64,000 nt of DNA, taken from an uncultured bacterium (lineage in GTDB: Bacteria; Patescibacteriota; Minisyncoccia; Phycocordibacterales; PALSA-1337). The stretch is taken from NCBI GenBank assembly GCA_963851055.1, contig CAWKMY010000005.1:12716-76715 (forward strand), written 5' to 3'. This document shows positions 17,156-27,161 of the stretch, piece after piece. The first letter of the stretch is position 1, and each line of letters begins with the position of its first letter. The position numbers and the translations under genes were made by a program. The notes under the pieces are model-generated. The model was given only the letters and a program-made list of their open reading frames with translations. It was not told where the DNA came from and made no database searches.

Positions 17156-18279
17156 AACCAGAGCTCACCATCATCATTCCCTGCTATAACTGCGCCAAGA
17201 CTCTCAAGGAGGCAGTGGATTCATGCTATACCCAAGGTCTATCTTCCTTTGAGATAGTCATGGTGGACGATGGTTCAACGGATAACACACGAGATGTGAT
17301 GAAAAAACTAGCGAACGAGCACGACAATATCAAAACCTTCTCTCATGAAAAAAATAAAGGCGGTGGCGCGACTAGAAATACCGCCGTGGAGAATGCTCGC
17401 GCTGACGTCATTTTTTGCTTGGATAGCGATGACATATTACCGCCGAATACTTTGAAAAAGATGTTGAAGTATATGCGTGAGAAAAAATGTGACGGCGTAG
17501 CCTTCTCCGGCGCATATTCGTTCTCTATGGACAAAGATAAATATAAAAGAGTAGGTTTTGCATTACCTAACGATAAGCCTATAAGCCTAGACTATCTCTT
17601 CTCCGGTAAAGCGTGGATAGGTGGAAATTTCCTGTACACCAAAGAAGCTTTCGAAAAAGCCGGCGGTTACCCTACCGACCATCCGTTCGATACTCAAGGC
17701 TATGGTTTCAGATTCCTCACGAACGGATTATCGGCATACCCTTGTCCGGATACGTTCTTATATCAGAGGCAATTCGGCAAAGACATATCCTATTTCGAAC
17801 GGGCTTATAATGCCGGAGAGTTCTCCATCGGGCATTATCTGATGTTCTTAGAAAATATCCACGTGTTCTCCGAAAAGATCCGGAATATCATCGTGAATTA
17901 CGACATCTTCACGAAATACACTTTTGACGATAATATCCTATCGGAACTGCAGAAAGAATACAAAAAAGACCATACTTCTTTCTTTTCGAAGCCAGCGAAA
18001 CGCGATTCCGCAAACGACCCGGAATCGGAATACCAGAGAGGAAGATTCAAAGAAGCCTTCGATTTGTTCACGTCTTCCGGTAAAAGATATGGAAATATGT
18101 ATTTTGACGGCATCCGCTATATGTATGGCGTATTAAATGATTCAAAAATGACGATCGACGATTACAGGCGCCTTATGAAAGAGAATGGCGTTGCTATACG
18201 AAATATGTCCCTGTCGAGGCCGACTATATCACAAAGGATCAAAAGGAGAATAAGGAGATATCTAAAAAAACGCAAATGA
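17152..18279 (+). CDS. family 2 glycosyltransferase
   Basis: LTIIIPCYNCAKTLKEAVDSCYTQ..EIVMVDDGSTDNT and CLDSDD. Its start overlaps the previous gene in an ATGA arrangement. Confidence 0.85.
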   Translation: MKPELTIIIPCYNCAKTLKEAVDSCYTQGLSSFEIVMVDDGSTDNTRDVMKKLANEHDNIKTFSHEKNKGGGATRNTAVENARADVIFCLDSDDILPPNTLKKMLKYMREKKCDGVAFSGAYSFSMDKDKYKRVGFALPNDKPISLDYLFSGKAWIGGNFLYTKEAFEKAGGYPTDHPFDTQGYGFRFLTNGLSAYPCPDTFLYQRQFGKDISYFERAYNAGEFSIGHYLMFLENIHVFSEKIRNIIVNYDIFTKYTFDDNILSELQKEYKKDHTSFFSKPAKRDSANDPESEYQRGRFKEAFDLFTSSGKRYGNMYFDGIRYMYGVLNDSKMTIDDYRRLMKENGVAIRNMSLSRPTISQRIKRRIRRYLKKRK

Positions 18280-19241
18280 GAAAGATATACATCACATTCG
18301 GTGGTTCGGCCTATGACGAGATCACCAAAAGGATCGTGAAGGATGGTCCGCTCTTGGGAGCCGACGAAGTCTGGGTTTACGACGATGTTTGGATCACCAA
18401 ACACGATTTCTACAAACAAAACAAGTGGTTGTGGGACCACCCACACAAGCGCGGATTCGGCTGGTATGCTTGGAAGCCTCTCATTATCTTGGATGCGCTT
18501 TCCAAGCTAAAAGACGGCGATATCGTCATGTTCACCGACGCTGACACCTATCCCATACGTGATATTTCAGTATTATTCAATGTATGCGACAAGGAAGGAT
18601 TGATGCTATTTGAAGTGACCGGCGAATCGAATCGTACGTGGTGTAAACGAGATTGCTTCATAGTGATGGGTCAGGATGAAAAAAGATACCACGATTCTCA
18701 GGCAGCTGTCGCGCGTTTCATGTTGTTCAAGAAAGGAGATTGGCGGGCATATCAACTTTTGACCGAATGGCTCACATACTGTGTTAATCCACGAGCAAAC
18801 ACTTTCGACCATAGCATCCTCGGTTCAGAACTAGACGGATTCATCGAACATCGTTGCGAACAGGCAATACTTGGATTATTGGCACATAAATACGGATATA
18901 AGCTCTACCGGGAAGCATGCGAGATTGGAGAGATCAGTAGCAAGGATCGGGGTTTATATGAACAGCTCTTCAGCCAAGTGAATCCGTGGAACAAAAAGAA
19001 TAACGATACGGCTATATCCGCACCTATCCAGGGAAGTAAATTTAGGAATATACCCTTCCCTAATGGAATAGTTACAATGCCTCCTAGCAACGCGTGCAAA
19101 AAAGATATATGTGGTTTAGTAATAAGCAAACTTATCATATTAAAAAATATAACGAAAATATATACCAGAAAAACTGCCGTTAGAATGCTACCGCAGAAGA
19201 TTAAACACAATATTAAAAGGCACATCAAAAACCTAACATGA
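18276..19241 (+). CDS. putative nucleotide-sugar transferase-like protein
   Basis: 321 aa. WKPLIILDALSKLKDGDIVMFTDADTYP has a DxD-like motif in a GT-A-like context. Its start overlaps the previous gene (ATGA). Confidence 0.5.
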   Translation: MRKIYITFGGSAYDEITKRIVKDGPLLGADEVWVYDDVWITKHDFYKQNKWLWDHPHKRGFGWYAWKPLIILDALSKLKDGDIVMFTDADTYPIRDISVLFNVCDKEGLMLFEVTGESNRTWCKRDCFIVMGQDEKRYHDSQAAVARFMLFKKGDWRAYQLLTEWLTYCVNPRANTFDHSILGSELDGFIEHRCEQAILGLLAHKYGYKLYREACEIGEISSKDRGLYEQLFSQVNPWNKKNNDTAISAPIQGSKFRNIPFPNGIVTMPPSNACKKDICGLVISKLIILKNITKIYTRKTAVRMLPQKIKHNIKRHIKNLT

Positions 19242-20029
19242 CCATAAAAGAACCGAACAAGTTAAGAGAACTGGCCGTGAGAAAATTACTCGGTCTAAGT
19301 TATAGATTAGACAATTCCGGTAACGGGGATATGGATGTCAGCGGAGAGCTTGATTTCATAAAAAAGATCGCGCAAGATTACAAAGATAGCATCGTCTTTT
19401 TCGATATAGGTGCCAATGTCGGAAAATATACAGCCGTGGTCAAGGAATATCGCCATCGTTCAAACGATAAATATTTTCTTTTTGAACCACAAAAGAGTTG
19501 CTTCGCTGAATTGAGAAAAAAGTTTTCAAGCGACAAAAACATCATCCTCAATAATTTCGGACTGTCAGATACGAAGAGCGAATCCATCATATACAAAGAT
19601 TCCGAGAAAAGCGGTCTGACTTCCCTCTACAAAAGGAATCTTGATTTTTATAAATTAAAGATGGATATTGAAGAAAAAGTATTACTGGATACTGCATCAA
19701 ATTATATAGAGAAGAACGGTATACATAAGATACATCTCGTAAAGATGGATATCGAAGGCAACGAAATCAAAGTCCTGAAAGGATTTGGTAAATATCTTAG
19801 CGGAGACTTCATCGACTATATCCAATTCGAATATGGCGGGGCAAATATTGATTCCCATACTAACCTTCTTGATTTCTATAACCTTCTTGAGCCAAAAGGA
19901 TTCAGGATATGCAAGATGATGAAGACACGCCTGGAACGCAGAGCATACGATCCTCGTTACGAGAATTTCGTCTGTCAGAATTTCGTGGCTGTAAGTAAGA
20001 AAGCGTCAGATGAGCTACTGCATAAATAA
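19238..20029 (+). CDS. FkbM-family SAM-dependent methyltransferase
   Basis: FFDIGANVGKYT and VKMDIEGNEIKVLKG are FkbM signature segments. Confidence 0.8.
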   Translation: MTIKEPNKLRELAVRKLLGLSYRLDNSGNGDMDVSGELDFIKKIAQDYKDSIVFFDIGANVGKYTAVVKEYRHRSNDKYFLFEPQKSCFAELRKKFSSDKNIILNNFGLSDTKSESIIYKDSEKSGLTSLYKRNLDFYKLKMDIEEKVLLDTASNYIEKNGIHKIHLVKMDIEGNEIKVLKGFGKYLSGDFIDYIQFEYGGANIDSHTNLLDFYNLLEPKGFRICKMMKTRLERRAYDPRYENFVCQNFVAVSKKASDELLHK

Positions 20030-20953
20030 TTTTACAACCCTCATCATCGTCACATAAAAGGCTTTCTGGAAAAAATTCCTGTAAAAATACGATCTGAATG
20101 TGAAGCTGTCAGCAATAGCATCCTGTTTCAATACAAGCAGAACAGGATGTTTGATTTTCCCGATACTGGAGACTTCCTGACCCATAGCTTTATTCTTCAA
20201 AAAAGTATGCCCAGCCGTCAAACCATAGCCGATATTGCTGATCATATTCACATTCGGAGTGATAGATAAACCGTCATTCAACCAGATAGCGTACAACCAT
20301 TTTATATCGCAACTATTGCGCTTGCTCATATAGATAGAATTAAAATATCTCAGCCAATATTCTTTTTCTTTGGCACTAGTCACAGCTGTCTCGATCAAAC
20401 TATCCTCTTTAAAATCAGGAAACGTGGAGAGCTTGTTGTCATATCGCTGCCAAGCTCTTTTCCATGTCGCCCATCCCCAGACATGGGCGTATTTAGAGAA
20501 ATAATAGCTGGCATCTCCCCTCTTGTGACCAAACTGAAAATTGGACCCATTGATATGCATGATCTTCTGATCATCCCTGTATCTTTCTAGAAGTTCGGTA
20601 CAGTATGAAAAGAATGACAAGTCTGGTATGCAATCATCTTCCAGAATGATTCCACTCTCCACGCTTTCAAAAAACCAATCTAGTGTCGTATACCAACGCG
20701 TATGCATATTCACATTCGTTTCTGGAAAATCAGTATGCAACTCGCATTCCCAATCTATCTTATCGAAGATCTTTCGAACCGCTTTGCACAACTCGATATC
20801 GGCCGGAAAGCCTGGTCGTGGACCATTGGCCGCTACGAAAAGCTTGGCTGGCCGCGCCCGGCTAATCTTCTCAAAAAGCTTTTCAGTGATCTCCGGACGA
20901 TTGAAAAGCATGAGGAGAACCGGTGTGTGACATTCAGCTTTATTTATAGCCAT
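20015..20953 (-). CDS. GT-A fold glycosyltransferase (GnT-I-like)
   Basis: 312 aa. TPVLLMLFNRPEITEKLFEKI and the acidic motif ILEDDCIP are present. Confidence 0.6.
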   Translation of the reverse strand: MAINKAECHTPVLLMLFNRPEITEKLFEKISRARPAKLFVAANGPRPGFPADIELCKAVRKIFDKIDWECELHTDFPETNVNMHTRWYTTLDWFFESVESGIILEDDCIPDLSFFSYCTELLERYRDDQKIMHINGSNFQFGHKRGDASYYFSKYAHVWGWATWKRAWQRYDNKLSTFPDFKEDSLIETAVTSAKEKEYWLRYFNSIYMSKRNSCDIKWLYAIWLNDGLSITPNVNMISNIGYGLTAGHTFLKNKAMGQEVSSIGKIKHPVLLVLKQDAIADSFTFRSYFYRNFFQKAFYVTMMRVVKLFMQ

Positions 20954-20986
20954 AATCGGCTCATTATACTATACTAATATCATTCT

Positions 20987-21628
20987 ATGAAAGAAAAACT
21001 CCGAAAAATAAAGATAAAGTTGACTCGGATCCCACCAATCCTGAGTTTGATCAATTTGATAACTCTCTGTATATGGAAGATGGGTCCTAATAAAAATCCA
21101 CCAGCGATAGTCAAACAACGCAAAGTAATATCATCAGCAAAAAAATACAGGATCCATCATCTGGTAGAGACTGGAACTTATCTAGGAGATATGGTCTATG
21201 CCACGAAGAAAATTTTTGATGGCATAGACTCCATAGAGCTAAGCCCGGACTTATATACAAATGCAGTCAAAAGATTCCAATATTACAAAAACATAAAGAT
21301 CTGGAAGGGAGACAGTTCTATATTATTAGCTGAAATAATCCAACCTATAAATGAGCCCGTAATATTCTGGCTGGATGCTCATTATTCTGGAGGCATAACT
21401 GCCAGAGCGGATTCTGGAGATACGCCTATTGAAAAAGAATTAGACACTATTTTAAAAAAATATAATGAAAAAAGTATAATATTAATAGATGACGCGAGAT
21501 GCTTCACAGGTAATGATGGTTATCCAACAATCGATACTATAAAGAATTTAATCTACAGAAAATCACAGAATCTTGATTTGAATATAGAAAATGACATCAT
21601 GACTATAAAAAGAAAAAACTATGAATAG
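20987..21628 (+). CDS. putative class I methyltransferase-like protein
   Basis: 213 aa. HHLVETGTYLGDMV resembles a SAM-binding glycine-rich loop of TylF-type enzymes. The assignment is weak. Confidence 0.4.
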   Translation: MKEKLRKIKIKLTRIPPILSLINLITLCIWKMGPNKNPPAIVKQRKVISSAKKYRIHHLVETGTYLGDMVYATKKIFDGIDSIELSPDLYTNAVKRFQYYKNIKIWKGDSSILLAEIIQPINEPVIFWLDAHYSGGITARADSGDTPIEKELDTILKKYNEKSIILIDDARCFTGNDGYPTIDTIKNLIYRKSQNLDLNIENDIMTIKRKNYE

Positions 21629-22373
21629 AAATAAAATAAAGAAAATAATCCGCATGATGCTTGATCGAGAGACTTTGAATGATTATTTCAAATTCAAAAA
21701 AGCTTTAAAGGATAGCGACCGACTAGGAACAAAACGTTTTTCTCTCTCTATTCTAGATACAAACCCACAAATTAAAGATAGAACAACCACAACTAGTTTT
21801 GACCATCATTATGTCTATCATACTTCATGGGCAGCAAGGATCTTGTCTGAAACAAAACCAAAAAAACATATAGATATCTCGTCGAGTCTTTATTTTTCTA
21901 GCATTGTCTCTGCCTTTGTCCCAATAGATTTCTATGATTATCGACCAGCAAATATAAACCTATCCAACTTGAATTCGAAAAGCGGAGATTTAGCGGCGCT
22001 TCCTTTTGCAGACAATAGCATCCAATCAATATCATGCATGCATACCATAGAACATATAGGTCTTGGCAGATACGGAGATCCTATTGATCCCAGTGGCGAT
22101 ATAAAGGCTATAAATGAACTGAAAAGGGCAACAGCGAAAAATGGCACCCTTTTATTCGTAGTGCCGATGGGAGGAACACCGAAAATTGAGTTCAATGCAC
22201 ACAGGATATATTCGTATGAGCAAATTATTTCATATTTCGAAGATTTTGAACTAAAAGAATTTTCTCTTATTCCAGAGCATGAAAAGAGTGGTGGTTTAAT
22301 AAGAAATGCAGATCCTAGTTTGTTAAAAGGCGAACGGTACGCCTGCGGATGCTTTTGGTTTATAAAAAAATGA
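21621..22373 (+). CDS. SAM-dependent methyltransferase (DUF268/Methyltransf_11-like)
   Basis: LPFADNSIQSISCMHTIEHIGLGRYGDPIDPSGDIKAINELKRATAKNGTLLFVVPMG. Confidence 0.7.
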   Translation: MNRNKIKKIIRMMLDRETLNDYFKFKKALKDSDRLGTKRFSLSILDTNPQIKDRTTTTSFDHHYVYHTSWAARILSETKPKKHIDISSSLYFSSIVSAFVPIDFYDYRPANINLSNLNSKSGDLAALPFADNSIQSISCMHTIEHIGLGRYGDPIDPSGDIKAINELKRATAKNGTLLFVVPMGGTPKIEFNAHRIYSYEQIISYFEDFELKEFSLIPEHEKSGGLIRNADPSLLKGERYACGCFWFIKK

Positions 22374-23236
22374 TTATCATCTCCCTCAAAGGCGGGCTCG
22401 GTAATCAACTCTTCCAATACGCTTGTGGCCGAGCGCTGGCCATACGCAACGACGATATCATCAAGCTGGATATCACCGGTTACGCGGAACATAATGGCAT
22501 AGACACCATGCGACATTATGCCCTTTTCCCATTCAACATACAGGCGGATATGGCTACGCGAGAAGAGATAAAAAAGTTGAAATATCCACACGGCATATTC
22601 TCCAAAGGCTGGCGATTCTTCAGAGCCAAAGTCTTACGTCAATATTATGTATATTTCGTGCCTAAAATATTGGAGCAACACGGAGACATCTATTTGGACG
22701 GATTCTTCCAAACGGAAAAATACTTCATCGACAAGGAGAAAGAGATTCGTGCCGACCTGACGCTAAAGGCATCATTTGGTCAAAAGGCGCAAGAAATCTC
22801 CGCAAAAATAAAAGATGCACCTAAAAGTGTATCCCTGCATGTGCGCCACGGCGACATGGCTTATGATCCGGTCACCCATAAATATTGGGGTACATGTTCT
22901 CCTGAATATTACGCTGAAGCCTTAAAACTGATATCTTCCAAGATCGGCGACGACATCAAGGTATTCGTCTTTTCTGACGATATTGAATGGGTCAAGAAAA
23001 ACATGCCTCTACTCTATCATATAGAATACGTATCTACGCCTGGCATAGAAGACTACGAGGAGCTAACACTCATGAGCCTCTGCAAACATAATATAATCGC
23101 CAATTCTTCTTTCAGCTGGTGGGGTGCATGGCTCGATCCAAAGCCGAACAAAATAGTCATTGCTCCAAAGCGTTGGACGCAAAAATCAAATTGGCGGCAT
23201 AGGGATACTGTTTCCCCATCCTGGATACGCCTGTAA
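22370..23236 (+). CDS. family 11 glycosyltransferase (alpha-1,2-fucosyltransferase-like)
   Basis: GT11 motifs: GGLGNQLFQYACGRAL, SLHVRHGDM and IIANSSFSWWGAWL. The ATG at 22370 overlaps the previous stop (ATGA). Confidence 0.85.
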   Translation: MIIISLKGGLGNQLFQYACGRALAIRNDDIIKLDITGYAEHNGIDTMRHYALFPFNIQADMATREEIKKLKYPHGIFSKGWRFFRAKVLRQYYVYFVPKILEQHGDIYLDGFFQTEKYFIDKEKEIRADLTLKASFGQKAQEISAKIKDAPKSVSLHVRHGDMAYDPVTHKYWGTCSPEYYAEALKLISSKIGDDIKVFVFSDDIEWVKKNMPLLYHIEYVSTPGIEDYEELTLMSLCKHNIIANSSFSWWGAWLDPKPNKIVIAPKRWTQKSNWRHRDTVSPSWIRL

Positions 23237-23255
23237 GTCTGCTATAATGTAACCC

Positions 23256-24020
23256 ATGAACTCCCGCGTCAGCGTCATCATGCCCGCTTTCAACCGCGAG
23301 AATTTTATCGCTGAAAGCATAAAGAGCGTTCTGGCACAGACATTCCAGGACTTTGAGCTCATAATCATAGACGATGGCTCCACGGACAAAACCATATCCG
23401 TGGCCGGTACATTTGTATCAGACCGCCGCGTCCAGATAGTCAAGAATGAGAAACATCTAGGTATAGCCGGCACTAGGAATAAAGCTCTGGGACTGGCGCG
23501 TGGTGAATATATAGCTCCACTCGATAGCGACGATGTTTGGCTAGATAAAGAGAAACTAGCCAAACAAACAGCCTATTTGGACGCACATCCGAAATGCGCG
23601 CTGGTGGGCGGGGCCATCCGGCATATAGACACGGCCGGCAAAACGCTCAAAACGGTAGTCTTTGAACAGACCGACGCGGACTTGCGGAACAATATCCTTC
23701 AGCACAACCCTTTTCCCCAGTCGACGCTCATGTACCGGAAAAAAGCTATCGATGATTGCGGAGGTTACGATACTTCTTTCCAAGTCTGCGATGATTACAA
23801 CTTGTGGCTGTGCGTGGGAACCAAGAACTCTCTGGCAAATTTCCCGGACGTATTCACCGGCTATCGCATTCACGACGGCAATATCACCAGAACCAAGCGC
23901 TTGACCGCGGCCCGTGAGATACTGGATATCGTCAAATCGTATGCCTCTAAATACCCGCGCTCTTCGCTGGGAATAACCAAAGCTTATTTACGATTGATCT
24001 TGGCGTATATACGCACTTAG
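23256..24020 (+). CDS. family 2 glycosyltransferase
   Basis: RVSVIMPAFNRENFIAESIKSVLAQTFQDFELIIIDDGSTD and PLDSDD. Confidence 0.85.
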   Translation: MNSRVSVIMPAFNRENFIAESIKSVLAQTFQDFELIIIDDGSTDKTISVAGTFVSDRRVQIVKNEKHLGIAGTRNKALGLARGEYIAPLDSDDVWLDKEKLAKQTAYLDAHPKCALVGGAIRHIDTAGKTLKTVVFEQTDADLRNNILQHNPFPQSTLMYRKKAIDDCGGYDTSFQVCDDYNLWLCVGTKNSLANFPDVFTGYRIHDGNITRTKRLTAAREILDIVKSYASKYPRSSLGITKAYLRLILAYIRT

Positions 24021-24023
24021 TTT

Positions 24024-24302
24024 TTATCCGAATAGATTTGAGTGACTACCAATATCCAGACATCTGACGGATTTGCCGACGTGGTCTATCTCATAGGTCA
24101 ACAGGCAATCGTTTGCCAAGTGACATTCACGTATACCGGACGAATCACCTTTCAACATGTGATCTCTGAAACGAGCCGGCAACTCCGATCCAGACTCTAA
24201 TGACTCAAGAATGTAATCGAAGTCTCCAATCGAAAATTTTTTCGAGTTTGAGACTCTTTTATATGATTTTCTGAAACTTTTACTGAATTTGATTTCATAC
24301 AT
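24024..24302 (-). CDS. YafQ/RelE-family type II toxin (mRNA interferase)
   Basis: 92 aa. FRDHMLKGDSSGIRECHLANDCLLTYEI matches the YafQ core pattern H.L.G....ReCh...D.LLiY. Confidence 0.8.
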   Translation of the reverse strand: MYEIKFSKSFRKSYKRVSNSKKFSIGDFDYILESLESGSELPARFRDHMLKGDSSGIRECHLANDCLLTYEIDHVGKSVRCLDIGSHSNLFG

Positions 24303-24306
24303 ATAC

Positions 24307-24591
24307 CTAGCTGTTAAGATACTTTATGGCCTCTTTTGCCGACTTGAAAGTGACTTCATCACCCGCCTTCATGCGCTTCAATTCATCGCGCAAAGACTGC
24401 TCGTACTCTACTGTATAACCATTAACCGTACGAGCTACAAAAGGAATAGACTTTGTTCGAATCACTTGAGTCAAAAATAACTTCATGGCCGAAGACAGAT
24501 CAGTGCCCAGTTTCTTTAGAATAGTCTGGGCCTGAGCCTTGGTACGACTATCTATGCGCAATTGTATAGTTGCTGTTTGGTTTGTAGACAT
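24307..24591 (-). CDS. DinJ/RelB-family antitoxin
   Basis: 94 aa. IQLRIDSRTKAQAQTILKKLGTDLSSAMKLFLTQV is a ribbon-helix-helix DinJ-type N-terminus. It lies 4 nt upstream of the toxin gene. Confidence 0.8.
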   Translation of the reverse strand: MSTNQTATIQLRIDSRTKAQAQTILKKLGTDLSSAMKLFLTQVIRTKSIPFVARTVNGYTVEYEQSLRDELKRMKAGDEVTFKSAKEAIKYLNS

Positions 24592-24600
24592 GATGGGCCC

Positions 24601-24633
24601 AGTATAGCAGGTGTAATGACATTGTCAATACAC
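24601..24633 (-). promoter_or_regulatory. putative promoter/operator of the dinJ-yafQ-like operon
   Basis: On the minus strand: TTGACA (24623-24628), 16 nt, TATACT (24601-24606), then 9 nt to the ATG. An imperfect palindrome gtgtaatgacattgtcaatacac (24611-24633) spans the -35 box. Confidence 0.45.
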
Positions 24634-24638
24634 GAGTT

Positions 24639-26619
24639 TTAGTCTATTTTCAAGACTTTTTTGAGGATATCTTCGGGGACTTCTTTTGTCGCAGGTTGTG
24701 CTTCTTTTGTCGGCATGGTTCCCTCTTTTGTAGATACCGCCGAAGGGATTTGCGGCGAAGCTTTATGCTTGCTCAAAGCCGCAGCCAAGGCGTTTTTAAG
24801 CTGGCTGACATTTTCCGGAGTGGGAACTTTCGGATCGATTTTCCTTATGGGTACGCTCTTGCTCAATGAAGAGAGGTGCAGAGGCGCCGAAGATGGTGTT
24901 GGTGGTACTGATGCTGGAGCCAATGTCGATGATGGAGATTTTGGGGATGCTATTACAGATTTCGGCGGCGATTGTAATGCTTGTTGTTGAACAGTCGACG
25001 GTTTCACTTCAATTGGAGTCACTTTCGGAATGACTTTGAAAGCCTCTTTGAAAGGTTGGTGGACCGGGGGTGACGATGTCTGTTTGGATGCACCTAAAGA
25101 AGTGTCAACTTTCTTGACAGTTTCGCCGAGTGATGTAGAGGAAGTACCTGCGAGAGCCGGCTTTGACATAATTGGCACGAAAGCCTTCGACACCTCAATA
25201 GTGGGCGCTTTGACCGCAACCGATGCCTTGGGCTGCAACAACAGCCGCCTTGGCCGCTACTGGTGTCTTATCCGCAATCGGCGCTGCTTTCATAGCTGGA
25301 GTAGCCACTTTCGGAGTCGGAGCTGCTTTCGGAGTCGGTTCATGGAACTTGATGATGACTTCTTCAACCTCCGCGCGCGGACGGGCGAATTGTTCGCGGC
25401 TGGCGGCTATGATCTCGTCTACATAATGTATAGCCGGTTGAGCTATAGGCGGCAAGGTAGTAGCCGAAAATGGCGGCGATGTCAGACCATCTATCATCAG
25501 CTTCAGATATATCTGGGCGAAACCTAGATTGACCAGATCCTCCAGAGTGAATGCCGGGGAGAATTCCTTCTCCAGGGCTTCGGCGTCTGTGGCGCCTACG
25601 CGGAAGACTATCATGGTGCCGACGTTGCCGAAGACCGCCGCTGAGACATTTTCGTCCATTTGCTCAACATATTGGTGAGCAATGGTCAGATTGAGTTTAT
25701 ATTTACGGGCTTCAGAAAGGATGTCCGCGAAGGAGGCATTAGCGAAGTTCTGGAATTCATCCACATATAGATAGAAATTCGGCAGACCTTTCACTATCCT
25801 ATCAGGCATATCGGCACGCGACATGGCAGCCAGATATATCTTGGTCACGAGAAGTCCGCCTAACAGTTTCATGTTCTCGTCGCCTACGCGACCTTTGGAA
25901 AGGTTGATGATAATTATCTTCCTTTCGTCCATGGCCTTACGGAAATCGAATGAAGAAACCGGCTGACCGATCATATTTCTGATGAGAGGATTGGCTGTGA
26001 ATTGTCCGACTTTATTCTGGATGGCCGGCACCGCTTCTGGGCCATGCGTTCAGTATAGTTGGCGAATTCTTTTGTCCAGAATGATTTGACCGAAGGATCT
26101 TTTATCGTGAGAGACGATTTCCGCCCGATAGGCCTTGTCGGATAGCATTCTATTCACGCCGAGAAGAGTGGTGCCCGGCGCTTCCAACAATGCCAAAAGA
26201 GTATTCGTCAAAATGTATTCCATGCGAGCCGACCATGCGTCTTCCCAGATCTTCTTGAAAGTACTCATCAGGCCGGAGACCACCAGATGGCGCTTGGTCT
26301 CGTCTATAGATTCGAGAACATTGAATGAAATAGGATAATCGGTATCGAAAGGAGCGATGTGAATGACATCGCGGATGCGCTCTTTCGGAACGTATTCGAG
26401 AAGGAGGTCTGCGGTCTTTCCGTGTGGATCGATGAAGGCCATACCTTCTCCGTTCTGTATATCCTGGACAGCCATATTCTCCAGGAGAGTAGATTTACCC
26501 ATACCCGTCTTGCCGATGACATAAACATGTTTGGTTCGGTCTTTGGCCTTGATGCCGAACTTGACCCGCTTGTTGCGGGCATCAGTCTCGGCGAAATATG
26601 TGACGCGATTTTCGTCCAT
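24639..26619 (-). pseudogene. VirD4/TraD-type (T4SS coupling-protein-like) P-loop ATPase with an interrupted frame, plus a low-complexity P/A/S-rich tail
   Basis: Three track ORFs are involved. 26050..26691 carries Walker A GKTGMGKSTLLEN; the likely start MDENRV is at 26619. 25195..26031 carries YLYVDEFQNFAN (Walker B-like) and LTIAHQY. 24639..25241 is the proline/alanine tail. Between about 26035 and 26105 the sensible peptide IKDPSVKSFWTKEFANYTERMAQ is in a different frame from both flanks. Confidence 0.55.
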
Positions 26620-27161
26620 GGGAAAAAGAGTTCGGAGTAATTGTAGCATAAAAATGGCCAAATAGAGGCCATAAAACAGAACAACCGGCATCTACGTAAG
26701 ATACCGGGTGTTTTTCATGCGCCCCCTTTCCTAGAGCGCTTTTAAGTTGACTGGCACCAAGTTCACATGTGAACAACTCGACGGCGAGGCAACAGACCTG
26801 CGACAAACGCAATCGCATCCGGTATAAGCCCGGGAGCAAAATGCTTTTGTTCCTTGCCATGACCGTCAGGAACCCAAACCATGAGCTGGTTCTTGATCGG
26901 GATCCCGTGCTCCACGATCTTGACAGCTTGAGATTCCCTTGACCCTTCCTTCTCTGCCACAGAAGTGGCAGGCCTATCTGACTGACTCAATTTTCGTGCC
27001 ATAACTTTATTTGATGTTACAACGAACCATTTAACTTTTGCCCGCTTCTTAAGCCCGAATCAGCCAGATCCGGAGAAACAGACAATCGGTGATGAGGAAC
27101 CAAATACTGCAGATTCAAATACTACAACTTTCCCATAAAAGCGCAAGAGGCTGTGAATAAC

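Noticed and set aside
26763-27002. The 79-aa ORF upstream of the VirD4-like gene.
   Set aside because: I could identify no motif, start-site signal or structural feature, so support is insufficient to list it as a feature.
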